Shown piece by piece: positions 36,016-50,140 of a stretch of DNA of 64,000 nucleotides. The translations under genes were made by a program, and so were the position numbers. The stretch covers positions 2,480,001-2,544,000 of the forward strand of contig OZ234493.1 of assembly GCA_965153455.1 (NCBI GenBank). Reading direction: 5' to 3'. Every line of letters starts with the position of its first letter. Position 1 is the stretch's first letter. The stretch is from Sphagnum compactum (taxonomy: Eukaryota). The notes under the pieces are model-generated. The model worked only from the letters and a program-made list of their open reading frames with translations. It did not search any database and was not told where the DNA came from.

Positions 36016-39000
36016 CAGTGTGGGGTGGGTACCAGAAAAATCTCCAAACCCCCACCGGGTATGAACCCGGGTATACATAGTTAGAACTGGTGGATGTGAA
36101 CTTCTCAAAAACCTGCCCCCACCTCATACCCTAGATTAATCTATGTTAACATACTTGCCCCTGCCTCATACCCATCATCAGGATATAATCTTTATATATA
36201 TACCCATACTTGACACATGAGGTACATAAAGGAAAGGGTATTTGTCTAATACTTGAGTACCTTTGTAGGCATATACCCAACAGTGGTATACTTTAGGGTT
36301 AGGATTAAAAAAGTTGTTGTGTACTTTATGTTTAGGGTTAGGTTAATTTTGTGTTTCATTTGCACCTCCTTGTTCGGCTCGGTTGTTTGTTTGTGGTCTA
36401 TCAAATCTTGTATCTCATCGCCTTCAACAAGCACTTTTGCAACTTGGCGCTTCTGAACATTGCGTGGTGGACATTGCAACGCCATCATGTTGATTGTTCA
36501 AGGTCTTGCAATCATCAATGTGAGTTTATGAGTTTCTTAACAATGAAAAGCAAAAGTTATGGAGCTAGTAGTCAACAACGTAGAAGAAGGTAAGCTTCTC
36601 AACCTTTTTGCTTGCATTCTATAAAGCTTGTGGGATTAATGTAGAGAGTCCCTTTGTCTTGTGAAAGAGCGATCTTTGACTTGCTTTTGTTGTGAAAGAA
36701 TGATCTTCAACTTCCTTCAAGTGTACGTTGGTTGGTCTTTGGTTTTGTGTTTTGTCATTTCATCTTGGTTTCTAGGTCTCTATTAAGGTTACAGTGTGTG
36801 CAACGTGCATAGTGCACCTTTTGTGCTTCACGTTGCATCTATTGCGATTGTGAAAGAGCTTGACAATCTTTTTCAAAGTTGTTGATTTTGTGTTGGTTGT
36901 GGGTTTTGGTTTCCAGGTTGTCAGTTCTTCGCACTTTTCTGTTTCATTTCTAGGTTTTTGCATTATTTGGTTCTAGTTTGTTTGAATTAATTGCATTTGC
37001 ATTTCTTTCCTTAGCTATTACTTATGGCTTCTTCAAGTCAACCTTTCTTCAACACTAAAGATTCCACTCTTAACGTAGACACTCCAGTTTTTGCAAGGTA
37101 TGATAGAACATGATTGTTGAAATGTTGCTAGAAGAAGACATAACGTTGCAAACTCCTAAGAATGTTGTTTTTGGGAATGTTTTTCTTGGGAATGTTGTTG
37201 AGGATGATGTTGAGGATGCTCCTAGTGTTGATGTATATATATCAAAGCTGCATTTGACAAATTTGGAGAAACAACATGCAGCTTGGAAGCCTTACAATTG
37301 TAATTTGTCAACATGGGTTTTTTTTAAAGGTGCACAATAACTTGCCCATAGCCCTTTCTCAAAACCAAATAATGTGGTGCATAGTATGCCATAGCAATGT
37401 TGTTGGTCTTGAAATCTTGGCATTGTGCATTAAATTACAGAAAGGTTTTATTGCTTACCACAAGTCAAATGGCATAATAACCATGGAAAAACATGTAAAG
37501 CTTGAGCACAACGCCTTAGTTAAGAAGTTTCGTAAAAAAAAATGATGTGGCTACTATTATTTCACTATCTTGTGAGCCAACCAAGAAGCAGGCACATGTG
37601 ATTCCAAGTGCCATATCTAGTTTTTTTTCTTTTACAAACCAATTCAAAAAAGATAATGAAACCCAAGTTTGTTTTTTGGAGGATGTGATGTTCTTTGTGA
37701 TCAAGGGTTATTTGCCCATGAGGATTGTTGAGTCCATTTGGTTATAGAGAATGACATATAGGTTATGCCCAAGAGTGATTTTTCCTAACATAAAGATATT
37801 TGTTGATGATGTGCTTTCTGGATTGGTGGAAAAAACCATGCTTACTTTTGTGCATCCTACATTTGCAGATTCTATTTCAGCCATTTGCACCTTTGATTTA
37901 TGGATGTGAAAAGGTGCGCATGATGTGTTTACTGTTGTTAACTTTTTGTTTGGCAAATGGGAGGCCAAGCACATCACTATCAAACTATTCGGAAGTGTTT
38001 GACACTAATGGTGCGGCTATGGTTTTGAGGTTACAGCTTCTGGATAAGTTTTCTTTTACCCAAAAGATCCTTGTTTATGTTAAGGATGAGGGTTCTAATC
38101 TACAAACATGTGCAAGTGCTTTGAACTCTATTGTTTCATGTGCTAGCTTGGCTATGATGGAACCTTTTGGTGGGTTGTGTTTTGGGCATGCCTTATCAAA
38201 GGTTTGCCAATATGCCATTATAGACGAAAAGGTTGCCGAGGGATTGTTTTACGCATTTATAAAAGATTGCCCAAGCTGACATTCAGAAGTGCATTACCTA
38301 GCCAAAAAAGTCTGGGAAAAGAGACTTGCATAGGATAAAACTTGCATGGATTCTAGCTCGAGGTCTAGAAAACTGAATATACCTGTAAAAACAAGGTATG
38401 AAAATTCTTTCATGTGTTACTTTTGTTAATTTCATGGGTTGTAAAAATTGCAGAGATCTAATATCAAAGTATCTAATTTAATTGTGTTGTTGCTTATAAG
38501 TTTGCAAGTTGTGTTTTATTGTTCTAGGATGCATTGACTTTTTGGAGTGCCATTGCACTTTGTTATAGTTGGCAGATTGTTGCATTATAGAATCACATGC
38601 CTTTTCTTTGAACTTGGGTTGTTTGCAAATCTGTTATGAAAGTTTTTTCACCCATTGTGAGAGGGTGTGTTTTGAACTAGAGTCGAGGGCATTGGTTCCT
38701 TGGGGATGCCCTCCATTTTATTTAACTACATGTTAAGAATTTCGTCATGGGCTTTCACACTAGAGGGTGTTCGACAACCTTGCTAAAGAAGAGATAAATG
38801 TATTTGATTATGAACTAGAGGAGCTCATATATTTTATGAAGTGCCAAGTGCTAGAGGTCCTTCTACCCTTTATTTTTTTTATGCATGGTTTTAAAAAAAA
38901 AAAGCCATAACATGTTGGCTCTTATGTTGGATCCCAAGTACAAAAGTATGGGTTTGGTGATTACTTATTTGGGTCATGAAGTTGCTACCATTCTGGTGGT

Positions 39001-40872
39001 AGATCATGACGAATAGTTATTGTTGCCTCTACTATTGGAGGCTTATAGAAGTTTATTGCCAAATAGAGGGGACTGTTTGGATGAGTTTGCCTTACTTGTG
39101 GATTTTGAAGGTTTATTCCAGTAGACTAACACAACTATAGATACCTATAAGGACATTGTATGTCGAAAACTTGGTTCGTTCCGTCGATATCCTGTTGATG
39201 TAAAAACTTGTTCATGTGCTTTGACATGGTGGCGCATAGAAGAGCAAAAGTTTCCAACAGTGGCTACATTTGCAAGATAGATTTTGGGAATCCCATCTAG
39301 CTAGATTGAGACTGAAAGAATCTTTTCCATTTGGAGTCCTCACAACACTTAGGAGATGTCGACTTCAAACTGACAATCTAGACAAGCTAATTTTTGTCCA
39401 CAAGAATTGGCCATTTGATCTTCATGTTGATTGTTTAGAACCATCTGGTTTGGCAATTGTTTGTGAAGCATAATCTAACTTGACAAATGAGTTGGATGCT
39501 GAATTCATGGATGAAGTGGAGCGTGAAGAATATGCAGATGGCGATTTGTAGTTACTAGAAGTCCTTCCTTACATGTGAGAATTAGTTGAATATGAAAATG
39601 ATGAATTAATTACATGTGTTAGGGTTTTGCGTAAAAAGTCTTTTCATATTTTTAGATTTTGAAGTCTTTAATCTTCACTGTGTTTCAATGTGAAACATGG
39701 AAAGTTTGAAGGTTCTGGATTCATGGTCTTTGAAGTTCAGTTTGTGTTGGTTTGCACAATTTATAATTTTTGAATTCCGAACTATTTTGAAGGGCTGTTT
39801 ATGTCTTTGAGGATGTGTTGTCTATTGTCTAATTGTCTTTCTATTTATGTCTTTGTGTTTTTCAAGGTTATTTTGTGTTTGCCTTTTTAGAGTATGTATA
39901 TTTGTGACATTTTGGGTCAGCATTTTGCTTAGATTAATCTTTCAAAGTTTGTATGCAATGTCTGTGAAGGTTTGTTGTCTGTTTTTCTTTTAGGGCTTGC
40001 TAGCTATTTGTCTTTTTGGGTTTGCTATCTACTATTTGTTTATTTTGAGGGCCAACTATCTGTTGATTATTTGTTTGTCTTGAGGGTATATGTATAGTAT
40101 ATGTCTATTGTTTGCTTGTTTGTTTATATTTGTTTTTGAAGGTTTGTTATTTGTCTATTTATTTGTTTATGTTGTTTGGGGTTATAGTTCGTGTTTGTCT
40201 TTGAAAGTTAGTATGTGTCTTTGTTAAGGTGTTAGTCTTTGAGGTCAGTTGGATCAAAATTTTGATCTTTGGAACATGTTAGATGAGAGGAACATGGAAT
40301 AGTTTGATACAAAAAACCATATCTAACAAAACAAACAATCATTTTGATTCATTCATGCTGGCTGGACATTAGGATGAGTTTTTATAATTAGGTTTAGAAT
40401 TTAGAAGTATAAAAAAAGACAATGTTATGCCTTTCCAAAAGTCTTTGTTAATATAAATTCTTTCTTTGAACTTTCGATTGCAGTTTCATAATCCATGAAC
40501 CTTAAACACTAAATGTCAATAGGTTTGTGAAAGTAAAAAAAATTGAATATTTCATTTCTAAGAACCAGGTAAAAAAACAAGAGTGATTGTGAGGGTTTTT
40601 GTCAAAGAATTGGAATAATTTAAAGAACTCAATAGGATATTGGGGAGGGTTTTTGATAAATACCCGAGATTGTATACTCGCTTTCAAATGCATTGAACCC
40701 TTGGACACACCTCACACCCATTGCTCACTTACATTTAAAAAACCCGAACCTGACCTGTTATTTGAGATTTCTAATTTCCATTGACCTGGACCTGTTGTGG
40801 ATTTTTGAAATTTTTTTTTGAAACCTGGACCTGACTATTATCAAAAACAATTTACATATCCGCCCCACACTG
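36016..40872 (+). mobile_element. Full-length but decayed hAT DNA transposon, 4857 bp, 8-bp TSD GTCCATAG
   Basis: TIRs CAGTGTGGGGTGGGTA and (reverse complement) CAGTGTGGGGCGGATA. TSD at 36008-36015 and 40873-40880. Transposase remnants at ~37020-39550: BED finger MWCIVCH..KH..EH, CTFDLWM, YVKDEGSNL, CFGHALS, PVKTR, LDPKYK, and the dimerisation region WWRIEEQKFPTVATFA..IETERIFS. Confidence 0.93.
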
Positions 40873-41060
40873 GTCCATAGTCCATACCAGTGTTGTGTGG
40901 TTATCTGAATTAATAAAGAATGTTTCGATTTGTAAATTATTTCAAAATGAGAGAACTGCCAGTCCTGGTTCTTTGAGAAAATCAGAATCAAAAAACTGTT
41001 GGTCTTGGCTATTCCAAAAACCTTAAAGAACTGACAATGAATTCACAAAGATGAAAGCCC

Positions 41061-41510
41061 CTCTGGACCTTCCCCTCTCTTCAAACTCTGATCTAAGTTT
41101 TTTCTTTTGTATTTGCAGGTACTTCCCTAGGCAGAACTTTCTCATGCACTGGGAGGCATCTTACAAACCTGTAAGGTCCTCCCGGCAGGTCTGTTCCTAA
41201 TGCGAAAGATTCCATACCTAAAATTAGGTCTTTTTTTAGCTGTAGGGGAAGGGTAGGGCCAGTGGGCATTGGTTTGTTTTCAGGCACAGGGAACTCAGGC
41301 TAGGACGGTGGTTGTTTTCCTTGCCTTGAAGCAAACCAATGCCCTCTGGCCCTGCCCTTCCTCTATACCTACAAAAGAGACCTCGACTAACTTTTGGATG
41401 AAAGAACCCTACCGACCTGTCTTGACTTATGACCTTACAAGTATGTAAGATACCTAAGAGGGTGGGATGAAGACACGCCCCTATGAGGTTAGTATAAAGG
41501 GAAAGGCTAG
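41061..41510. repeat. ~450-bp imperfect palindrome (foldback/MITE-like element)
   Basis: Core arms 41226-41295 and ~41312-41383 are near-perfect reverse complements (GGAAGGGTAGGGCCAGTGGGCATTGGTTTG vs CAAACCAATGCCCTCTGGCCCTGCCCTTCC). Pairing extends to ATCTTACAAACCTGTAAGGTC / GACCTTACAAGTATGTAAGAT and more weakly further out. Confidence 0.85.
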
Positions 41511-43553
41511 ATGTAAATGGGAATAAAATCAGGTACCAAAAAAGGTCTTACTAACTTGTGTATTGTGGGTATTACATATGAGCTTCATTACAGACAGACA
41601 AGTAAAGCTCATCCCCGGTGATCTCCAGGAATTTGAGGGATAAATTTCACATGAAGTGTCCAAAGTTCATCACAATGCTTGATTCTGGATGCTCTTTCAG
41701 GTTGCAAGTCTTTATCTCATTTTTATTATCAACAACAAAGCTGCGTTCCTAAGGGTTGCAGATGCATCCTGCAAAGTAAACCTCTTTCAGGTCAGCAAGA
41801 GCTCCTGCAAGGCTCCACACTTTGAATACTGCCCACATGTTTTTGAAATATAGAAGAAATGATACAAGTATTAATGATGGGTTTGGGATGAACCATTGAA
41901 ATTTGTAACATAATATAAGTTATTAGAAGGACAAAGATGAGAGTTGCCACATGTAGCACCAAAATGGTCAGCACTGGATGCAGTCTACAACCTAACTTTG
42001 AGAATCATTATAAGAGAAGAGATAAATCTTTCCTGATGTCCCCACTTCATGCTGCCCTAAAGTCTAACTAGAATGCCTTGCAGTTTGTCACAGTGCAATA
42101 GACCAAGGACTAAAGGATTAGCTCTTCAATCCATGTAGTAACTGAAGTATAGAGTACACCTCTCCACTCCTAAACCTACTTGGCTATGTGGTTTTACCCC
42201 CACCCCCTCAACTTTGAAGATTTGTTCATGTGCACTGATTTTGCCTGTAATCCTTTTTTATGACTGTAACGGAATCTCTAGTAATTGTGGGTTGGAGGTT
42301 TCTAATCCCCAACCACTTGCAATCTTTGTTCTCATCTCTGCATCTTGACAATGTAGGAAAACTTCATATCTACTCCAGGAGTTTTGCCCCATAATCTAGA
42401 AGCACACTGTGATCAGCAATTAGGAGCCAGGACTTATCACAATATTCCTTGCTATCTTTGAAAATCATTCATTGCCAGTCAATTTGCCACTCATCTAACA
42501 AGAAATTCCTCAGAGCTTGTTCTCATTAGAGCATTAATTTAGTTTTCTGTTCATACAAATCTGATGCTGACCTCCTACATGTGATGGCATCCATCAATTG
42601 GCAGTGCATCTGACACAGATTGTGCCACTTTAACAGTCCCTGAGACTGTGCTTTTAAAAGTGGCAACAAGAGGTTGATGACTGGATCACCCTAGTGTGGG
42701 GAGGATGAGAAGAACGGCCAAGGGATCTGAATGATGGTCAAAGATATTTGAAGATTGGACTCAAGATCACCTAATCTTGATTATGGCCAAAATTAGCTTC
42801 TCCTAATTGGTTGGTCACTATTTAAACAATGATATCTCCCACAGTGGCAGAGATTCCTTGCTCACAAATTTCACCTAATGAGTTGAGCATCAGAATCACA
42901 GTTCTACAACAAAAAAAGAAGCTTCACCTTCATAAAAAAGAGTTAATTGGTGATGGGCATCGACATACTCACCACAGTTTGGTGTGTCAACCTGCAATGA
43001 GGAAATAAGAGACTGTCCACAGGTGAGGAGATGCTTAGTCACACTTCTCAGCAAACATGCTAATAACAAGTAATGAGCATCTGGGGGGTTGTGGATACAT
43101 GCACCAGTTGACAACACATTTGGGAAATGTCTCCCACCATTGTCTTTCCATCCCCATTAGTATTCTTGATGCAAGACCAGCTTGATTGTTGCAATTTAGC
43201 ACAAAAAATTCTGTTGATGAAAGCAACCAGCGAAGGCTTGAATTATGTTGGACCAAGCAAGACCTGAAATGGGTTCTAAATTTATCCAAGTGCGACAAAT
43301 CTTTCAACCTTGTAATCTTCATACAAAACGTCACTGGTCAGAAAAGGCTTCAGCATGTTTCTCAACATATGGTCAAATAGAAAGTAGCAGACATTGGATG
43401 ATTGGTATTGAGTTGAAGAGATACAGTTCCTTCCAACCAACTCTAAGAATCTGTTATATACTAAGATCATCCATCCTGACTGCTGACAGCCACTGACAGC
43501 CAAAAGTGCCAGGTGGAGTTGTACAATGCAAGACCTGATCCAAGGCCATGTGG

Positions 43554-46500
43554 TTAAGCAAGTAAGGGATTCCTGCCAGGAGGAATTTCTTCATGGAACA
43601 GTGGCAGCTTATCTCCAGCAAAAAAGTTGCGTTCTGCTCCATGTGCATTGACCTGCTCAAGCCCCAAACAGAAGTATCAGCAATGTCAGAGACATACTGC
43701 TGGCTAAAGTAACACCAAAACTGAATGGAATTGAAAACCCCTGGAATTGCCTGTGTAATCTAGAGACAATATGCATACCATCTGTTTGGCATACATCAAG
43801 GACTACTTTGCATGACTACTCTAGGGAGCAGGATGTGGTTTAAATGGCTTCACTTATTGATGACTCAGGGGTATCAACTTTAACGAGCCTTGAAAGATCA
43901 TGCTCCTACGCTGTTGATACTGCTTACTTTAGACAGAAGCGATCAGCTCCCACTACAACACACTAACACTGCAATACATGAAATACATGTCTCCTCTCTA
44001 TACTTCCCTCCTTTCCATGGGTTTAACATCACAAACCCCTGTTGGCATGTGTCCCTTGGAGGCCTCAAACATCATGTCCTTCTAGGATGCATAGGACATA
44101 TAAAGCAGCACTCTCAAATAGATTTAACAGCAAGGAGACAATCTTAGAAGGATTTTCACCTGTATCCTTGGCTGAATGGGAAAATCCACAAGATTTTTCA
44201 TCTTGCAGTTTGAATTTACTGAAAGAAATTTGAGATACAAAAGGGTGGGGGGCAAGGAATACCACAAGAGGATGATTCAACATGCTTCAACAACTAATGA
44301 GACTTCACTATAACACATTTAGTTGCTAGGGCCTTCCATATTTCCTCCAAAGGACCCAGAAGCATCTCTCTGCTGAATGACTTAGAAATTACACCCAAGC
44401 AAGGCCAGGGCTTTTGGTGCAGTTTTGAGACTTTTCACAACTGGCCTTTGTATGAGCATAGACCTCATTCCTGATGCTTGCAAAGAAAGCCCTTCTCTCA
44501 GACAGATAGCCTACATAATGCACAAATATTCAAACTTCCATCTTTCTGTCTGCACCGCAGGGCTGCAACATCAACACATCTGTTGAGAGGTAGGGAGAGA
44601 AGCAACTCACTGTAACAGTGCGAACAACCCCACCACTTGCTCCATCTCGAGCAATTGCCAAAGCAATCGACTTCACAACAAACCTCTGCACCAATATGAT
44701 TCACTCCCTGTTACTGAATCTCTGACAGGCAGACCATGATTCCTCAAGCCAGCACCATAAGCTCCCAAATGATGGTTACAGATCCCAAATCTTTTCTACA
44801 AATTACTCCAACACCCCTGTCCTAAAGTTGCTCTCCAGAGCTGGAACTGAATTCATAAATGTGTAACATAAAGCTCCTAGTTCAATGGCGAACTTCAGTC
44901 TTTCCCCTATTAATTTGGTTACATTGTCAAAGATGACCTGTTGTTCATTACTGTTGTTTTATGTGACATTTGCATGCCTGTATTCTTGGATTTTGCAAGC
45001 AGTGAAGCCATTGCCCAGTTTAAGGTGAAGTTCACATAGGATAAGAAACAAGCAGTATACCTCTGCTTCATCTTTGCTCATGTTGGGACGCCAAGCTTGA
45101 TCCAAGAACCCATACAGATAACTTGACCCTGACCCTGAATCATCCTCCCACACAGAGCTAAGAAAAATAGAGCCAGTCTGGTGAACAGGATTACCACAAA
45201 TTACTGTTGTGCCATTGAGTGGTTGTAGATGCACAATGATCATGAGTAAAAGTACAGCACAACCTAGCAACTTGAACCTGAAGCAAGCAAAATCCACTCA
45301 ATACTGCATTGGATTCTGCAAGTCCACAATCACTGTCTTTTGAGCAACTCACTAGCTACAGGTGTGGACTTCTCACATATCTCAAACTTGGAGTCTACAC
45401 AAAAGTGGAACCCGCACAGAGGGTGGTGCAGACTACAGACCTCCACTGGAGAATGGAAGGCGCAGCAGGGTGCCTCCCAGAGGAATGCCATAGACACTGC
45501 CTCCATCATATTTATCCCAACCTGCCACTATCATACCAGCCTGCAAGAATGACTGTATCCGGCAAACACAATCCATATCATCAGCCATGTGTTGAACTGT
45601 TGCTGCCATAGCTGAACCCAAAACCAACAAGCAAAAGTGTTTCGAGCCTCACAACTGAATGATTTTAATGGTGAAACCATCTCTTGTGAGATCCATAGAC
45701 TTTGTCCATAAACTAACTTCTGTAATCTGTACAATAAGTTGATTTCAAGTTTGGCAGTGTTAATGGTCAAATCCCTTTTTTTGTACAAAAACAGGCTAAC
45801 CTTGTTCTGATAAGCCAATTCCTTGACAAGATTTGCTGCTGTTTTAACTGTTGCTTCTTTGCCTAGCTGAATACTGCAAATTTCAAAGAATCACTTCCCT
45901 GGGTCAGACTTCCAATCATTCTAGTTCACAACGTACACCAAAGCAGTGTTCCAGAGGCACATGATAAGAATTTCTACTTAGTTATACCAGCACTTCAAAC
46001 CCACATTTGCCCAGCTCCTGTTCTCAACCCACACATGTAAATAGCTTTAAGGTATGGTACATGTGCAAAAGTGAGCCTCACGTATGTTGATTCAGAAAGT
46101 AGCGCACATAGTCAGACACAACTTGTGTATCAGCTGCCTGCAATAGCACATCCAGAAAGATCATCCATAACTTCTTCCACACAGCAATTATGCTTAAGGG
46201 TTTCACCAGAAGCAAACAAAGAATGGGAAGGCATGCCCAAAAAAACCCTGAACAGTGTCCATTTCCATGGACCTGAGAAGAATATACCATCACACTCTTT
46301 CAGGTATGTGGATCATGGCCCAAGTCTGCAAGATCATTTGCAATTTCCTCCCTTCAATTTCTCCAAAGTCTTTAGGCCTAGTCTCTTACAACAACTCCAA
46401 GATTAGAACATCAATAGTCTATAAACTGAGGAATTAAGTAAAAGGAGCAAAGAATACCGAGCCTGATCTGCAAATGTAGACATTGTCAGTAAGTTGAGTA

Positions 46501-47877
46501 ATTTTGTCTGATGCACGATTAGCCACATACACTCCTGGCATTCACAGCCCACAACTACAGTTCATGAATTCTCTGAGCTCTTTAAGGGCTGGGGGATCTC
46601 CATCAAGCCTAAAAGGCTAAAATTCCATCTTTCCTGGCATCTTTGCTGTGTACAATATCTGAATACAAATGGTTGAGGCTGTTCATTTCTTGAACTATCA
46701 GCAAAAAATGTAATGTAAAGAACCCCAAGTTTTTCTGCTCCGTACCAAGAGGTCACTTTTCCCATGCAATTTCACATGATCCCCAACAGTCTGGTCTCTT
46801 AAGATTACTCTTTTTTAGAAATGGGCTGGAATAGTGATTCTTTAAGTAGGAGAAGGATTCCAAAATCTGAACCATGCACAATTCCATCCACCTGTAATTG
46901 CACCAAACATTTGGATTTTGTGTCATTGAAAGTGTTGATTCCAGTTGAGCTGTTACCTGTAGTGGTGCGAGAGTCTGCTCCAAGAATAACACCCTCATCA
47001 TATTCCACTGCCAGAATAGTTGTCTACACAACATATCCAGCTTCAAAAAGTTAAATCTCATATCTATTCTCCTTCAAATTCAACAATCTTCTCAATTGGC
47101 ACATTGCCAGGGAAATTGAAGAAAACAAGAGGAGATATTTGAATTGCAGACCAAAGCAGGTGAAACCCTGACATGACCCTCCTCATCAGCAAAGCTCCAT
47201 GTGAACTGATGGAGTTTACATGGATTTATGCAAATCCACTTTAGGTAGACTGCAGTCTCAACCCTTGAGCCATCCAAACACAAGTCGTAATCAGGTGTAG
47301 GATAGGACAAGACAAATTTCCAGTTTTAGCTGGAGGGTCTCCTGGGAGAAAATGGGGAGGGATGGCGATTCCGTTGGGGTTACAACCTATCTTCAGACTT
47401 AGAAAGCAGAGAAAGAAGAAGAAAAACAGAAGTAGAACAAGGCTTCTTCGGCAAAAGTGTGCCTCAGTGTTCTACAAACCCTTAAGAGCGACTAGCTAAC
47501 TATGAGAAGGGGAAAATCTCTAACAGCACGCGAACACATAACTTATAACCTCCCACATAGTCTGTAACCTCCATGGTGAAGCTCCTAGGTTTGCCACAAT
47601 GTGAATGGGCTACTTGTCACTGCAATCCATCAGAGGCAGGTGCAACTATATGGCCAATACCTCTACCATACCAGCTTGCGCGATTTGAAAGCCCAAAAAC
47701 ACTTGCAAGGTGGCAATGAAACGATCCCCAACCATGCTATTACCTTACCTTGCCTTGCTGCTCAGAAAAGAAAAACCAACCATCCTGGGAGAGGTGAAAA
47801 AAAACTCTGCTTTACATAGAGAAACATACCCCCATGCTATGAGCAGCAGACATCCATCCTCCTGCCATGGGCTCCAT
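43554..47877 (-). CDS. PBA1: 20S proteasome subunit beta type-6 / beta1 (PBA1), 9 coding exons, ~226 aa
   Basis: Exons 47877-47830, 47023-46957, 46534-46458, 46137-46082, 45873-45801, 45552-45441, 45134-45061, 44685-44611 and 43652-43554 total 681 nt. Protein: [67 protein letters not shown]. Confidence 0.95.
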
Positions 47878-48999
47878 GAATCTAGAGAGACAAAGACGCC
47901 AGAAGAAACGTGCTAGAAGCGCGGCGACCCTCAATTCTCATCTCCTGCAGCTGAGAAAGTGAACAGCCCGGACTAGAAAATTCGAGTTTCCTGAAGATCA
48001 TCAGAAATCTACATCCAAAACACTAACCCTAAAGCTTGGAGGGCTCTTTGGTTGAGCATCTTAGGGTTTCTACTTTTTACCCTCATTGTAGTCCTTTCTT
48101 GCTTCAATCCACAAGCTTTCAGTCTTGGGTGAACTAGCACCTACGTTGGTACCATGATAAAAATCCCAAAATTCATTTAAATTATTTCAAAATATTACAA
48201 ATATCCCATGCTTACACTAAATCTGGGTCACTTAGTTAAAATCTAACATTTTTTGGGCTTAATATGGCCACTAAAAGGCCTCACTCAAAAACGTGAAGGT
48301 ACCAACATGGGTGCTGGCTTTTACCAAATTTTTTGGTTGCTTTAAATTTCGCAGTATCGAAATGGATTCAGCAACAAACTGTTGAATAATTAATTAAATC
48401 TCAAATCTTAACTTCAGCAGTTGGTTTTCTTAATTCTGAAAAATCTGTCAGATAATGTTAATAAAAAATAATGAACATGACTTTGTTGTCTTTGTGGGAT
48501 AGTCTACATGTGTTTAGACAATTCCTAAATTCAAAGATTGGTAGGTTTGAAAGTCAAACTTGACAATCGAATATTTTAAAATTTAATTTTATGATAATTA
48601 TTAAAAATTTGGCACAAATAATAAATAGAAATTAAAAAAATTGACAAAATAAAAAAATATTAATTTATGTCAAAACAGTTCGTGTATTATGATAATCATG
48701 TTAATTATATCATCTGAAAACTGAAAACTGAAGCAGGTGTCTAAGTTCAAATTTAACATTTGCACAGTGAAATATATTAAAATAATGAAACCTTGGTAAA
48801 CTTTATTAAACAAAACACCCAACATAAGGGGAAAAGAAGAACAAAGAAAAAGGACCCAAGTTTGAATCATAAATGCAAAAACCTAAAGGGGCAAATGAAG
48901 AAATTATGTTCCAAAAAAGACAAGGAAAGAAACCTAAAAAATTAATAAACCTAGAATAATTCTCATTTGCAATGATGACCCATGTCAAAATAGAAGTAG

Positions 49000-50140
49000 C
49001 TTGTGTTCTTTACAAGGCTATCGACATTTTCTACCTATAAAAACATGTAGAATTGCTAGAGGAAAGTCATCAATGCCTTTTGTTGATCATGCCATGTTAG
49101 CACATTGGTGAAAAAAATCATTTACTTGTTGGTGTAAGCACTCAAAAAAATCTATAACAAGGAGAAGAAATGTGTTTGTTGGGTGTTAATCATGGTAAAG
49201 TCCTTTTTTGCTTGAGTCCCCATTGTTGCAACCACTCCATGACATGAAGTAGTTCGAAAAACCAAATCTATTCAAATGAGATTGGTGATGACTGATGATC
49301 ACGTTAGCAAGGTGCGAATGCCATCAATTGATAACACGATGTCAACCCATTGTTGAAAAATTGAAGGGAAGGTGGTGGAAGGACATGGATTTATTCACGT
49401 TGCATTTTTCACAATGGAGGCAAAAACATTTTGAATCACATTGTGGGATCTAGTTCATTCCGCACCATGGGAGCAACAAAGAAGGTGAGTCCCTATAGGA
49501 TCTCAAGGTTGGTCATAAATGCAATGAGTCACCTTGAGAGTTAAAGGATGGGGGAGGCCAAACTTGGTGCATAATGCAAATAAGCAAATATTGGAGGTTA
49601 GATAGAAAGGTGGAATGATTAGGCAGGCAAATAACCAAGCACAAGACTTCAAACATGCACATTACAAATCAAAAGGCATGTTAGAGATGATGCTAGAGAA
49701 AGAATGGTTGTATAATTTATTTAAAATGTTTTTTTGAAGCCGATCTAATCCCCTTTCAACAAACTGCATGAAAAGGGGAACACGTGTCACTACATCTGGG
49801 GGAAGGAGCTTTCCCACCAACTTCAAATGGACTTGGAAGGGAAGTGGGTCGGAATTACTAGCACCTATCACCTCCAATAAGAACAAGTGATGATTTGATA
49901 AGAATTTGGCATGGATAATACATGTAATAAATGCCCAATTTCCAAAATAGGCCATTGGTGCAATGAAATCTATGGAAATGAAGCCAATCCTACCATGAGA
50001 ATGGGGAGAGAAACTTATCGATGCACTAAAGGGGTTTGTAAGCAATCTTAAAAGCCCGGGCCCAGTAGTTTCCCAAAAACTTGCTTAAGGGCTGAATTAA
50101 AGAAGGCAAACTAACATTGAAAGATTAATAAGGAAAGAAT
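49000..50140 (-). mobile_element. Second CRE-like non-LTR retrotransposon fragment
   Basis: Minus strand: ..SHGRIGFIS..IAPMAYFGNW (post-RT LGGLG..APAAYLGSW-like), GTHLLCCSHG..SHNVIQNVFASI and VDIVLSIDGIRTL. Colinear with the copy at 31.2-32.4 kb. Confidence 0.7.
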
